Under the pieces are notes generated by a model that saw only the letters and a list, made by a program, of their open reading frames with translations, was not told the DNA's origin and did not search any database. Positions 20,102-29,627 of a DNA stretch of 52,568 nucleotides are shown piece by piece. Made by a program: the position numbers and the translations under genes. Numbering within the stretch: position 1 is the first letter of the stretch; each line of letters opens with the position of its first letter. This DNA is from a virus. Lineage: Duplodnaviria > Caudoviricetes. The stretch lies in the IMG/VR virus record IMGVR_UViG_3300001765_000049, positions 1 through 52,568 of that record; one strand, 5' to 3'.

Positions 20102-20266
20102 ATGGGAGACGAAAAAGATATTGCTAAAATTCTCAAAGATGCACTGACAATTGTCGACAAATTGGCGACACTTGACATCACAGATAAAGATGACCATGAA
20201 GAACTAGAAGAATTGATTGAAAAAGCACAGAAATTAAGTAAAAATAGATTATGGAAATTAAAATAA
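20102..20266 (+). CDS. Small hypothetical protein (54 aa, below the track cutoff)
   Basis: MGDEKDIAKILKDAL...RLWKLK exactly fills the gap between its neighbours. Confidence 0.6.
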   Translation: MGDEKDIAKILKDALTIVDKLATLDITDKDDHEELEELIEKAQKLSKNRLWKLK

Positions 20267-20276
20267 ATGTAAAATT

Positions 20277-20792
20277 ATGAAATTAGGTCCTTATTCAATA
20301 AGAGTAGATGGTCGAAAGTTTGAACCAAATAAATGGGATTTACGATTCATGAGAATCGCTGACTTAGAGGTGGCACAATGGTCAAAAGACCGTTCAAGTC
20401 GAGTTGGTGCGGTAATTGTGAAGGATAGAGAAATTGTAACGTCTGGTTTTAATGGTATGCCAAGAGGGATTAATGATAACATTGAAGCACGACATGAAAG
20501 ACCGGAAAAATATCATTGGTTTAAACATGCTGAAGAAAATGCAATTGTTAATGCAGCTCGTCAGGGTAAAAGTACGTTGGGATGTGATATGTATATTAAT
20601 TGGTATCCCTGTGATGCTTGTGCAGGAATTATTGTTAATTCTGGCATTAAGAAAATATTTTGTGACCAAGAACCCGAATGGGAACACGAAAAATGGGGTG
20701 AGGGTTTTAAAAGAGCCAAAACAATATTAAATGAGGGTGGTGTAGAGGTAGTATTTATGAATTATGATGCGCATAGACAAGGAAACCTATAA
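20277..20792 (+). CDS. dCMP deaminase (deoxycytidylate deaminase family)
   Basis: SKD...VGAVIV...GFNG; zinc motifs HAEENAI and PCDAC. Confidence 0.9.
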   Translation: MKLGPYSIRVDGRKFEPNKWDLRFMRIADLEVAQWSKDRSSRVGAVIVKDREIVTSGFNGMPRGINDNIEARHERPEKYHWFKHAEENAIVNAARQGKSTLGCDMYINWYPCDACAGIIVNSGIKKIFCDQEPEWEHEKWGEGFKRAKTILNEGGVEVVFMNYDAHRQGNL

Positions 20793-21372
20793 AATAGGGG
20801 AAGTTAATAGATATAAAACTCAAAACCCTAAGACTCAAATCATAATGGGTACGAGTTTGAGGAAAGATAGTAATCATATTTTAAGACTTCAACATAAAGA
20901 ATATGGGAAGACGAAAAAATGGAATACTTATACAATAAGTAGAACTGGTATAGTATATGAACACTATGACCCAAAATTTCATACAGATTTTCTAGGAATT
21001 AAAGAGGTTGATAAGAATTCAATATCGATTGTTTTAGAAAACATGGGCGCATTATTTAAAACCACTGATGGTAAATACGTTAACTGGCTTAATGAAGTTT
21101 GTGACGAAAATCAAATCATTGAGAGAGAATGGCTTGGTTATCATTTTTGGGAAAAAATAAGTGAGGAACAGATGAAAAGCACAATTTTATTAAATAAATT
21201 TCTTTGTGGGAAATTTAATATTCCAAAATCAGTGATAGATTTTCATCATCACCATAAAGACAGTATTAAATTCAGGGGTGTTGTTTTTAGAAGTAACTAC
21301 ATTCAAGATAGTAGTGATATTAATCCGTTATTCGATATAGAAAATTTTAATAAACTGTTACACAACAAATAA
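20764..21372 (+). CDS. Amidase_2-like protein, probably catalytically inactive
   Basis: Aligns along its length with the amidase at 25767 but lacks the HHT, IGVE and TH residues. Confidence 0.65.
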   Translation: MMRIDKETYKIGEVNRYKTQNPKTQIIMGTSLRKDSNHILRLQHKEYGKTKKWNTYTISRTGIVYEHYDPKFHTDFLGIKEVDKNSISIVLENMGALFKTTDGKYVNWLNEVCDENQIIEREWLGYHFWEKISEEQMKSTILLNKFLCGKFNIPKSVIDFHHHHKDSIKFRGVVFRSNYIQDSSDINPLFDIENFNKLLHNK

Positions 21373-21398
21373 ATTCAGTATTTATATGAAAAAATAGT

Positions 21399-21944
21399 AT
21401 GAGCAGCAATATTAATGATAAAAACAGTCCAAATCAAATGCGTGTTTTCATGAAAAGAATGCGTGAAGGCGATAATACCAAAGGCTATATTGTCGAAGGT
21501 GAGAAAACTTATAAGAAAGACATGAGTATGCGTGATTTACTTAAATTAACACGCACATTGAATGAAGAATTTAATGGTGAAGCAGATAATGATTCAATGA
21601 ACGATGTTTATGAAGATAAAAAATTAGATTCTGACCAAAAACGAGAAGAAGATAGTATTCGTGCATTGTTTGAAAACGATAAAGTGGCTGTAACTCCAAG
21701 CGAATTAATTGTTAAATATAAAAACGATAATGATTGGTACGTAATTTTTGGGGGTATTATTGATGGTATGATTAAGTTTTCATATACAGTTACTCCGGAT
21801 GAAAAAACTAGTGAGGTTACTGTTGACAAATATAGTGATGGCGTAAATATCGATAATCCGGATGTCGATAATATTATAAAAAAGTTAGAGTCTTATTATA
21901 GTACTTTCTATAGATATTGGAAAGAAAACATTCTACAATCATGA
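21399..21944 (+). CDS. Hypothetical protein, possibly head-associated
   Basis: Preceded by GTATTTAT at 21378; contains IVE and LNEE motifs. Confidence 0.6.
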   Translation: MSSNINDKNSPNQMRVFMKRMREGDNTKGYIVEGEKTYKKDMSMRDLLKLTRTLNEEFNGEADNDSMNDVYEDKKLDSDQKREEDSIRALFENDKVAVTPSELIVKYKNDNDWYVIFGGIIDGMIKFSYTVTPDEKTSEVTVDKYSDGVNIDNPDVDNIIKKLESYYSTFYRYWKENILQS

Positions 21945-22732
21945 GCGCAATATTAAAAGCAATTTGGGATTATTTAAAAATAAATAATCGTTGGGCAATT
22001 GCCCTAGTAATTATTCTCCTATTACTTGGTGGTTTAATTATAGATTTTCAGTTAAATAAAATTGCTAATCTTAAAGAAGAAGTAATAACTGAAGTTAACT
22101 TGAAGAATGCATTGATTGATAAAGTCAATGTATATCAAAACAAAGAAAAGGAATGGGTTACTGAGAAACTTACTATCCAAGAAAGTGTTAAGAATCTTGA
22201 AAAAATGTACGGACAGTTAACCAATTCTCAAAAAGAATTAATAAATAGGGTTAAAGAAGTTGAAAAGAACGGTGATATTATTGCCGCAGCACTTATTGAA
22301 ACTAATATTGAAATCGGTAAATTAAGACCCCCAAAGGTCGAAGTAAATGATAGTGCAATAACATTCAGCGATTCAACTAAAAATCTAGATTATATTATTG
22401 AAATTGGTCATGTTAAACCTATTAATTTGGGCATAGTACCTACATTGGCATTTAATAAATTCAAAATGCCGAACAAGCAATTCATTGAGTTTCACTGGAA
22501 AGATGAAAAAAAACTTGGATATCCAATTTCATTTAGCGTATCAAACTCAAATGATTATTTTAAAACTACCGATATTAGTAGTTATGCAATACCTGAGCTA
22601 AAGAAAAAGGATATTAACCCAAATGGTTGGAATAAAATTACAACTTGGACAGTTAAGAATAGCAAAACAATTATATATGTTGGTGTAGGTGCAGCGGGTG
22701 GCATTGCAGCATATAAGTTATTAGCTAAATAA
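21941..22732 (+). CDS. Membrane-anchored coiled-coil protein, spanin-like candidate
   Basis: N-terminal TM helix, long coiled coil, beta-rich segment and a C-terminal hydrophobic helix. ATGA overlap with the upstream gene. Confidence 0.5.
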   Translation: MSAILKAIWDYLKINNRWAIALVIILLLLGGLIIDFQLNKIANLKEEVITEVNLKNALIDKVNVYQNKEKEWVTEKLTIQESVKNLEKMYGQLTNSQKELINRVKEVEKNGDIIAAALIETNIEIGKLRPPKVEVNDSAITFSDSTKNLDYIIEIGHVKPINLGIVPTLAFNKFKMPNKQFIEFHWKDEKKLGYPISFSVSNSNDYFKTTDISSYAIPELKKKDINPNGWNKITTWTVKNSKTIIYVGVGAAGGIAAYKLLAK

Positions 22733-22745
22733 TTTCGCCACAATG

Positions 22746-22797
22746 AAAAATAAAAAGAACGCATGTCGAATATGATATGCGTTCTTTTTATTTTTTT
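22746..22797 (+). terminator. Rho-independent terminator
   Basis: AAAAATAAAAAGAACGCATGTC-gaatat-GATATGCGTTCTTTTTATTTTT. Confidence 0.8.
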
Positions 22798-22836
22798 GAG
22801 TTATTCAAGTATTTATTATCAATAAGTAAGCATAAT

Positions 22837-23043
22837 ATGAACGAGATTGAAGTTAAACGAATTGTCGATGACGAAATTAAGAAATTCGTTGCGGATAGTC
22901 TTGATAAAGAAATAAAGAAAGTTCTTCATAATACTAATAGTGCTTCAAGGGATGAATTAATTTCAACAATAAAAAATTCTATGGAAGCCGTATATAAAGT
23001 ATTGTGGCAAAAGCGTGACTTCTGGAAGTCGGACATTAAATAA
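22837..23043 (+). CDS. Small hypothetical protein
   Basis: Start MNEIEVKR at 22837 follows GTATTTAT at 22809. The track's longer start lies inside the terminator. Confidence 0.6.
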   Translation: MNEIEVKRIVDDEIKKFVADSLDKEIKKVLHNTNSASRDELISTIKNSMEAVYKVLWQKRDFWKSDIK

Positions 23044-23052
23044 TTAATATAA

Positions 23053-25323
23053 ATGGCAGAATTTAAACCAACTAATAAAGAGGCGATTAGCCCCCAATCT
23101 AAAAGTTTTGAAAAAAATTTTAGTAGGACTATGACACAAAATAATGTTCATTTAACTGAGGAAATGTTAAATGAAAAAGAACAATCTTTAAAGAAAAAGA
23201 TTTTTAGTTTGGCTAAGATGGAAGCATTGGTATTTTCAGACCCAAAACTTTCAGCAGTTTATAATGAGATGTCTGAAAATGGTGAAGAAAAATATGGTTA
23301 CCATTATAATGAAACCATTCAAAATATGATATTTAACGACTATGTTTTAAATAGTCCAAAATACTTACAGAAATATAAAATGGCAATTCCAAAGGAAAAG
23401 AAAAGAAGAGATAAGAGTGGAATTAATCAGTTAAAAAATGCAGGAGAAAAACACATGCAAACAAGAAACGTTGAACCGAAACCCACGAAGGTAAATGAAG
23501 GGGGTGAGGAAGTAACTAAAGTGCAATTCTTAGTTAACGAAACCGACCCTGAAAATCAGGATGTTTTTGCATATTTTCCGGAAGAACCATATAATGAAAA
23601 ATATAATAGTGGCTATTCACATGTTGGTCAACATACTGGTGTACATCCCGAATATGCAGCTGAAAGCAGACCTGCAACCCCCGAAGAATATGCTCCATTG
23701 AAAGCCGAACTTGAGGGTCAGGGATATAATCTTGAAGTTCTTAATGATATGAATGAAATGACTGGTACTGGCGGTGGTGCGGGTGCAGCATTTAGTGGTA
23801 GTGGTCAATATACTGCACCATTGGGATACGGTAAAAAGGTTGATGAAACTACAGATAGTAGTTCTTCAGGTGCATATGCCGGACCAGCAGCTTGGGGTGG
23901 TGGTGACTTAATGAAAGGTAGCACATCTAAAAAACCGATTATGCCCGGAGCAAAAGCAATACAGGAAAGTAATTACTTGACTGAAAGCGATGGTTTTGAA
24001 AAATATATTAATATGTTGAATGAACAGAGTGAAGAAGATTTTATTAAAGATAATAGCGATGCCTATAGTTTAGATGGTATGGGTAAAGATAATGAAGATA
24101 TAATTGTTAAAGATATAAAAACCGGAAAACTAGATACTCCAAATATTAAAGAAGAAACACAAACTATGATACAACCAAATGGAACTTCAATGTCAAATAA
24201 AATGCAACCAACTGGTGACCAGCCTGGTGGATTAAACATGGGTATGCAAGCAGGTGGTGGTATGAATGAAAATAAAAGTATTGACGAATCCTTTAGCTTG
24301 TTAGAGGAAATAAATAACGAATTGAATGCATTTTCAATTCATCACGATAAATTAAAAAGAATGGCAGAAGATAGAAAACCATCAGCATTAGTCTTGAAAG
24401 ACAGATTGGGCGATGAAAACAAAGTTAACTTCAAGAAAGACTTACAACATAGTGGGACTAAAGAAGTGATTGACGTTGAAAAAGAATTACAGTGGAAAGA
24501 CCAACAGACTGAAATCGGTAAAGACCCATATAAATTAGGTCAGGATATCGAAAACAAAGCACTTAAAGTAGGTGATATGAAGTCCGGAGAAGCACTTAAA
24601 AATGTTGGTGACAGTGCCAATGACGAAGGTGATGAAATTCCAAAACGTAACTTAACCAAAGAAGAACAAGATGAAGTTAATCTTTATCGTAAAGGTTTGG
24701 GTGATTATGTTTATGATAATGAAGTTGGTAAGAAATTCGAAGACCGTATGAAGGCAGATATGGGCGATAACTTATATAAGCAACGACAGGATAAATTAGC
24801 ATTCAATGCTAAAGCCCCTATGTACAATAAGGAAGCACAGCCAGTACAAGATACCGCAGTTGATAAGGTTCAATTTGATAAGGAAGAGAGCGGTTGGAAT
24901 GATAGAATGGGTCTTAATGAATCACAGGTTAGTGGTAAGTATTTCGATAACCTTGGTAAGAAAAGAATCATTGGATTCAATTTAAATGAGGTTAAGGAAT
25001 TAAGTGGACCAACTAAACAATCCGGATTATATGAAGTAAATCTTGAGGGACTTGGAAATACATTCACAAACATTGAAAGAAATAATGGAAGCCAATTGAG
25101 CATTAATGAGAGCACAGTTAGAGCAATTAATAAATTTAAATTCTTCACCAATGGTAAAGAAGTATTTGCACAGAAAAATGCTGTTCAAGTTTTAAGTGAA
25201 TCTGAACATAAGGTTGAAAAACCCGTAATGAATGAACAGATGAATAAAATGAAGCATTTGCTTGGCTATAAACCAAATAACTTCACCAATACGGATAACG
25301 TAAAGAAAAACAGAGGATTCTAA
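23053..25323 (+). CDS. Large acidic modular protein, probable internal head/prohead-processed protein
   Basis: 756 aa with many [ILMV]-x-E motifs at module junctions, Gly/Ser-rich repeats and C-terminal MNEQMNKMKHLLGY. Confidence 0.55.
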   Translation: MAEFKPTNKEAISPQSKSFEKNFSRTMTQNNVHLTEEMLNEKEQSLKKKIFSLAKMEALVFSDPKLSAVYNEMSENGEEKYGYHYNETIQNMIFNDYVLNSPKYLQKYKMAIPKEKKRRDKSGINQLKNAGEKHMQTRNVEPKPTKVNEGGEEVTKVQFLVNETDPENQDVFAYFPEEPYNEKYNSGYSHVGQHTGVHPEYAAESRPATPEEYAPLKAELEGQGYNLEVLNDMNEMTGTGGGAGAAFSGSGQYTAPLGYGKKVDETTDSSSSGAYAGPAAWGGGDLMKGSTSKKPIMPGAKAIQESNYLTESDGFEKYINMLNEQSEEDFIKDNSDAYSLDGMGKDNEDIIVKDIKTGKLDTPNIKEETQTMIQPNGTSMSNKMQPTGDQPGGLNMGMQAGGGMNENKSIDESFSLLEEINNELNAFSIHHDKLKRMAEDRKPSALVLKDRLGDENKVNFKKDLQHSGTKEVIDVEKELQWKDQQTEIGKDPYKLGQDIENKALKVGDMKSGEALKNVGDSANDEGDEIPKRNLTKEEQDEVNLYRKGLGDYVYDNEVGKKFEDRMKADMGDNLYKQRQDKLAFNAKAPMYNKEAQPVQDTAVDKVQFDKEESGWNDRMGLNESQVSGKYFDNLGKKRIIGFNLNEVKELSGPTKQSGLYEVNLEGLGNTFTNIERNNGSQLSINESTVRAINKFKFFTNGKEVFAQKNAVQVLSESEHKVEKPVMNEQMNKMKHLLGYKPNNFTNTDNVKKNRGF

Positions 25324-25324
25324 A

Positions 25325-25681
25325 ATGATTACTTTAGAGCAATTTGAAGCAGCTTATAACAAACATTTACCTAGTGGGTGGATTAAGTTTGCATATAAAT
25401 ATTTTTCTCAGAAAACTGAAAAGAAAGACATGTCGGTAAGAACTAGCATGATTTATGCATTACTCAGTGTTTTTCTTCTAGGATTTCTAGGTACGATATT
25501 TAATGCACCTAAAGCATTGATTGCCGGAACAACATACACATTTTCAATACTTTTAGCATTGCTAGTACTGTATATATTTAGTGCAGTATTTTTAAACAAT
25601 CTAAGGCTTAAAAAGATAATGAAGGAACTAGGTATTAATAAGGTGGAATATAATAAATTAGTTGACGAATTGTATAGCTAA
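25325..25681 (+). CDS. Two-TM membrane protein
   Basis: Two hydrophobic helices followed by a basic tail. Confidence 0.6.
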   Translation: MITLEQFEAAYNKHLPSGWIKFAYKYFSQKTEKKDMSVRTSMIYALLSVFLLGFLGTIFNAPKALIAGTTYTFSILLALLVLYIFSAVFLNNLRLKKIMKELGINKVEYNKLVDELYS

Positions 25682-25707
25682 TCTACCAAAATTTTGTTAT
25701 TTTTGTG

Positions 25708-25737
25708 AAGGGTATTATGATTAATACCCTTTTTTTT
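25708..25737 (+). terminator. Rho-independent terminator
   Basis: AAGGGTATTA-tgat-TAATACCCTTTTTTTT. Confidence 0.75.
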
Positions 25738-25766
25738 ATGTAAAGTATTTATGATAAATATGTAAT

Positions 25767-26519
25767 ATGATTAGTCTATATAAATATTCGTTAGGGTTGC
25801 TTAATGATAGCACTACCTATTCACAAAATTTGAAGAATGAAGAAGCTGAACTTCTTGTAAGCAAATTAAATTTGAATGAATTAATTCAGGTCGATTTTCC
25901 GGAAGACCAATATTTTAAAGAGCAAACAGATAAGAAACAAATTGTTATCCACCATACTGTCAGTGGACAAGGTACTGATGGCGATATCGATTGGTGGAGA
26001 AGTACTTCTGATAGAATCGGAACATCCATAATTATCGATTGGAAAGGCGCAATGTATCAATGCTTTAGCACAAAATATTGGTCACATCATCTTGGTACTC
26101 ACGCACCTAATAATAAAGCATTGAATATGGCAAGTATTGGTGTTGAAATTGATGCTTGGGGAGCTTTAATTAAATTTAATAATGCTTGGTATCCGGCAAA
26201 ATGGGATATTGTATCGAAACAAAATGTACCTAATATTAAAGCAGGTGCAATAAAAAATGTTCAGGAATATCCGAATGGTTTCAGAGGATTTTATGGTTAT
26301 GAAAAATATAGTGATGCGCAAATTGAATCCCTACGAAAACTCTTAATTTTTTGGAATGAAAAATTCGGCATAACACTTAATTATAATGAAGATATGTGGG
26401 ACCTTTCAACTAAGGCATTAAGCGGTACTCCTGGCGTTTGGACTCACGTAAGTTATCGAACAGATAAAAGCGATTGCCATCCACAACCAGAATTAATCAA
26501 TATGCTAAAAACTCTATAA
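25767..26519 (+). CDS. N-acetylmuramoyl-L-alanine amidase (Amidase_2), endolysin candidate
   Basis: QIVIHHT, SIGVEI, YSDAQIESL, GVWTH and KSDCHP. Preceded by GTATTTAT at 25745. Confidence 0.85.
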   Translation: MISLYKYSLGLLNDSTTYSQNLKNEEAELLVSKLNLNELIQVDFPEDQYFKEQTDKKQIVIHHTVSGQGTDGDIDWWRSTSDRIGTSIIIDWKGAMYQCFSTKYWSHHLGTHAPNNKALNMASIGVEIDAWGALIKFNNAWYPAKWDIVSKQNVPNIKAGAIKNVQEYPNGFRGFYGYEKYSDAQIESLRKLLIFWNEKFGITLNYNEDMWDLSTKALSGTPGVWTHVSYRTDKSDCHPQPELINMLKTL

Positions 26520-26953
26520 TGCCCGTAACACAAAAATATATAATCGTTAAAGACAGGGTTGAAATCTACAAGGACTTTACATTTAATCTTCTATATTATA
26601 TAATTGATTTCTATTTAGATAATAAAACTTTAAGTGATGATGTCGATATTAAGAATCATTATAATTGGTGCTTTAATAAGGTTTGTGTAGAATTTAAATT
26701 AGAGGGAATTGACTTTAGTAAAAATGCTCCATTAAAAGAATATTTTTATCAATTTTATTATTATCAATTTTATAAAATGGATATTGTAAAAGTAAATCAC
26801 GATAGTTCAACACAATTTTATGAAAAATTTTGGGGAAATATTTTTGAAATCGATAAACAAAAAAATAAAAATGTTATTAATACGTTAATTGAAATCTACA
26901 TAATATTCGATGCTTCAATTAATCAAGAGAAAAATATTTTAGAAATCGTCTAA
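26519..26953 (+). CDS. Hypothetical protein
   Basis: Its ATG overlaps the amidase stop (TAATG). Confidence 0.6.
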   Translation: MPVTQKYIIVKDRVEIYKDFTFNLLYYIIDFYLDNKTLSDDVDIKNHYNWCFNKVCVEFKLEGIDFSKNAPLKEYFYQFYYYQFYKMDIVKVNHDSSTQFYEKFWGNIFEIDKQKNKNVINTLIEIYIIFDASINQEKNILEIV

Positions 26954-27030
26954 AAACTCTTGCAGTGAGTATTTAATAATTGTATATTTACAAAACATTA
27001 AAATAATTTTATTTAAAACCAAAATTTAGC

Positions 27031-27312
27031 ATGGCAAATTTAAAACTCGACCTCTTAAACAAATTGAGGAACGACAAGTATTATGAAGAATTAGAATTAG
27101 TCCGTCTCGCACAAGACCCTAACACAAACTATAAAGAAAAAATTGATGCAATGGCATTGAGACTTGAAAAATTAGCTATTTTAAACGCAGAAATGGGTTT
27201 AGTTGAGCAGTATTTTCAAGAACCAGTAACACCTCAAACTGAAGCACCTCAAGCGGGAGCGCCAGTTCCACAAGCAACAGTGGTACATCAGGGTCAGACC
27301 CACGGAGAATAA
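27031..27312 (+). CDS. Hypothetical protein
   Basis: 93-aa ORF following a TTGC...TATATTTA promoter-like element at 26960-26990. Confidence 0.65.
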   Translation: MANLKLDLLNKLRNDKYYEELELVRLAQDPNTNYKEKIDAMALRLEKLAILNAEMGLVEQYFQEPVTPQTEAPQAGAPVPQATVVHQGQTHGE

Positions 27313-27315
27313 GAA

Positions 27316-27513
27316 ATGGATTTGATAACTGAAATATATCAGTTTTTATTTATTGCTTCTATAATTTTTATGGTCTATATCGTTAGTGATTTGACCATAA
27401 AAATTTATGGGAGATTCTCATTAAAAAATGAAACTCGCTTTATTTTATCCACGGCAGAAAAGATAATGTTGTGGATATCATTGGCGATATTTTTCGCATA
27501 TATAATATCATAA
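27316..27513 (+). CDS. Small two-TM membrane protein
   Basis: 65 aa with two hydrophobic helices. Confidence 0.6.
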   Translation: MDLITEIYQFLFIASIIFMVYIVSDLTIKIYGRFSLKNETRFILSTAEKIMLWISLAIFFAYIIS

Positions 27514-28023
27514 ATGAAAGAAATTGAAGCAATATTAAATCCAATTACCGGTTATTTATCATCAATTAATCGAAATACTGTTAATGGATATTATGAATTG
27601 GAGATTGGAATACCCAAAAATTGGGTTTTTAATCAGAATAATGAAGTGGGTGTTGAAATAATTTCAGAAAATGATGCCGGAAAATTATTAAAAATTTATC
27701 CCCAAAAAAATTCGGTGGTTATTGACGATTTAATTCTTTTTGTTCATATCATAATCAATACCAATGAAAAAATCGCTACCAAAGAAAAAGAGTTTGCTGA
27801 TAAAATGGAAGAAATGAAAAAATCTTTGGAAAGACAAGCAAGCGATTTCTATAAGGAACTTGATGAATTAAAGGATAATTCATTTAAAAAACTTAACGAC
27901 AGATTTACCAGTGAGTTAAATTCTGAAATTAAAAAAACTAGAAAGCGTAGAACAACTAAAGCGAAGCAAGTCGATTTAGTGGAATTTAATTCACCTAGTA
28001 CTCCAATAGTTGAACGTGATTAA
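27514..28023 (+). CDS. Hypothetical protein with a C-terminal coiled coil
   Basis: 169 aa, abuts the upstream stop codon. Confidence 0.6.
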   Translation: MKEIEAILNPITGYLSSINRNTVNGYYELEIGIPKNWVFNQNNEVGVEIISENDAGKLLKIYPQKNSVVIDDLILFVHIIINTNEKIATKEKEFADKMEEMKKSLERQASDFYKELDELKDNSFKKLNDRFTSELNSEIKKTRKRRTTKAKQVDLVEFNSPSTPIVERD

Positions 28024-28028
28024 AGACT

Positions 28029-28376
28029 ATGAGTGTCGATAAAAAAATATTATCTATTGATGCAGATGACGATGATGTTGACTACAAGTCATTTGTAAAG
28101 TATATTGGCGAAGATACCGACAGGACGAAAAATGTAATTGCCAAAGATTTTAATCAGTTTGGTGATGATTTACTCGCTGAAATAGATGCTAAGAATATCA
28201 AAAGAAATATAAGGAAAGAAAAACAAATAGTTTACATATTAAAGCATGATGAAAACTCGTATTCTCACCATGCTCTAAATTCATATAGCTTCGAAGATAT
28301 TAACAATATATACAACGAATTAAGAGAAAAAAGAAGTGTGGTTAAAAAGTTAATACATTTCATTTTTAACCTCTAA
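28029..28376 (+). CDS. Hypothetical protein
   Basis: 115 aa, in the same operon. Confidence 0.6.
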   Translation: MSVDKKILSIDADDDDVDYKSFVKYIGEDTDRTKNVIAKDFNQFGDDLLAEIDAKNIKRNIRKEKQIVYILKHDENSYSHHALNSYSFEDINNIYNELREKRSVVKKLIHFIFNL

Positions 28377-28692
28377 GGTCATCTTCAATTTTAGCATCAT
28401 TTGGAGCATTCTTTTCGTTTGTGGTTGTAGTCGAATCACTATTTTTAGTACCGAAATTATTCTTGAACCCCAATAATGTTAATACGAAACCAAGTAATTC
28501 CAAGAATAATATGTGGTCAACTTCTTGTTTATTCCACATAATGATTAAACTCAAAGTAACCATTGCGAACAACAATATGAGACCTATAAAAGCAGAAAAT
28601 TTAGTTATGCTATATTTTGGAGAATTTTTATCCCTTAAAATATCATAAAATACCCTACGTAGAGGATGCCTGTGAATTTTTTTATCTTCCAT
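28366..28692 (-). CDS. Two-TM membrane protein, holin-like candidate
   Basis: YSITKFSAF followed by two TM helices and a charged tail. Start MEDKK lies 24 nt downstream of a minus-strand GTATTTAT (28709-28716). Confidence 0.55.
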   Translation of the reverse strand: MEDKKIHRHPLRRVFYDILRDKNSPKYSITKFSAFIGLILLFAMVTLSLIIMWNKQEVDHILFLELLGFVLTLLGFKNNFGTKNSDSTTTTNEKNAPNDAKIEDDLRG

Positions 28693-28708
28693 TTGTTTGT
28701 TTTTTAAT

Positions 28709-28726
28709 ATAAATACCCTATATTTG
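28709..28726. promoter_or_regulatory. Adjacent divergent promoter elements: late motif (-) and TATATTTG (+)
   Basis: ATAAATAC at 28709-28716 and TATATTTG at 28719-28726. Confidence 0.5.
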
Positions 28727-28758
28727 TCCATAAGTTAATCTAAAAATAATTAAATAAT

Positions 28759-29550
28759 ATGGCACTATTCGAAGACGTTTTTAACAAGGTAAGCATATAT
28801 GATATGCTATTTTTCAATATTAAAGCAGTATTGGAATACCCAACCCTACATGATTTAGAAGAAAAAAATCCGACATTGTTTAAACGTTGGAAGCACATTT
28901 CTAAAAGTAAACATGATGTCGATTTTGATGTAAAAAATAAGGCTGCACTCGAAAACGTATATTTAGATAATGCAATCTATCATCCGGAGTTCAGTCGTAT
29001 CGTTGCAATTACATACGCAACACTTTATAGCGAAAACAATACGCTTAAAAGATTTTTCAAAAAAATTGCTAATGAAGATGAATACATTGTGATTTCAACT
29101 TTCATGGATGTTCTTCATCAGTTATCTAGTGAGGGTGTAAAATCTACCCCGCAATATTTTCCTATGCTCTGCGGGCATAATGTAATTAATAATGATTTAC
29201 CACTTTTACTTAAACGTTTTATTCTCCATAGAAGTAAATTTGAGGTAAATAAGCAAGTACCGCTCATTTTAAAAATGGGATTAAACGCCAAGCCTTGGGA
29301 ATCAACCGTTATCGATACTATCAATGTTTGGAAATTTAATGGAAATAACTATGAAAGTCTAATGCTCATTTCCGATTTTCTACAACTAAAAAAGAGTGTT
29401 GAATTAGATACTCTTTCAGAATTATCTAAAAATTATTGGGATGTCGTATTTGCCGAAAATAAGGAGAAGGCAATGGAATATGTATCATTACAATCAGCCA
29501 CCCAAACCAATTTAGTAATACAACTCGTGAACGAATTGAGATTGTTGTAA
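28759..29550 (+). CDS. PolB-type 3'-5' exonuclease-like protein with a degenerate active site
   Basis: PEFSRIVAIT, LCGHNVINNDLP, KPWE and IDT..W resemble the stand-alone PolB exonuclease family; ExoI DIE is replaced by NIK. Confidence 0.65.
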   Translation: MALFEDVFNKVSIYDMLFFNIKAVLEYPTLHDLEEKNPTLFKRWKHISKSKHDVDFDVKNKAALENVYLDNAIYHPEFSRIVAITYATLYSENNTLKRFFKKIANEDEYIVISTFMDVLHQLSSEGVKSTPQYFPMLCGHNVINNDLPLLLKRFILHRSKFEVNKQVPLILKMGLNAKPWESTVIDTINVWKFNGNNYESLMLISDFLQLKKSVELDTLSELSKNYWDVVFAENKEKAMEYVSLQSATQTNLVIQLVNELRLL

Positions 29551-29576
29551 TAATCATAATCTTTATAAATATAAAT

Positions 29577-29605
29577 GGCAAGTCTGACGATTTGCCTTTT
29601 TTTTT
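29577..29605 (+). terminator. Rho-independent terminator
   Basis: GGCAAGTC-tgac-GATTTGCC followed by a T tract; GTATTTAT follows immediately at 29606. Confidence 0.7.
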
Positions 29606-29627
29606 GTATTTATATTAAAATAGTTAT

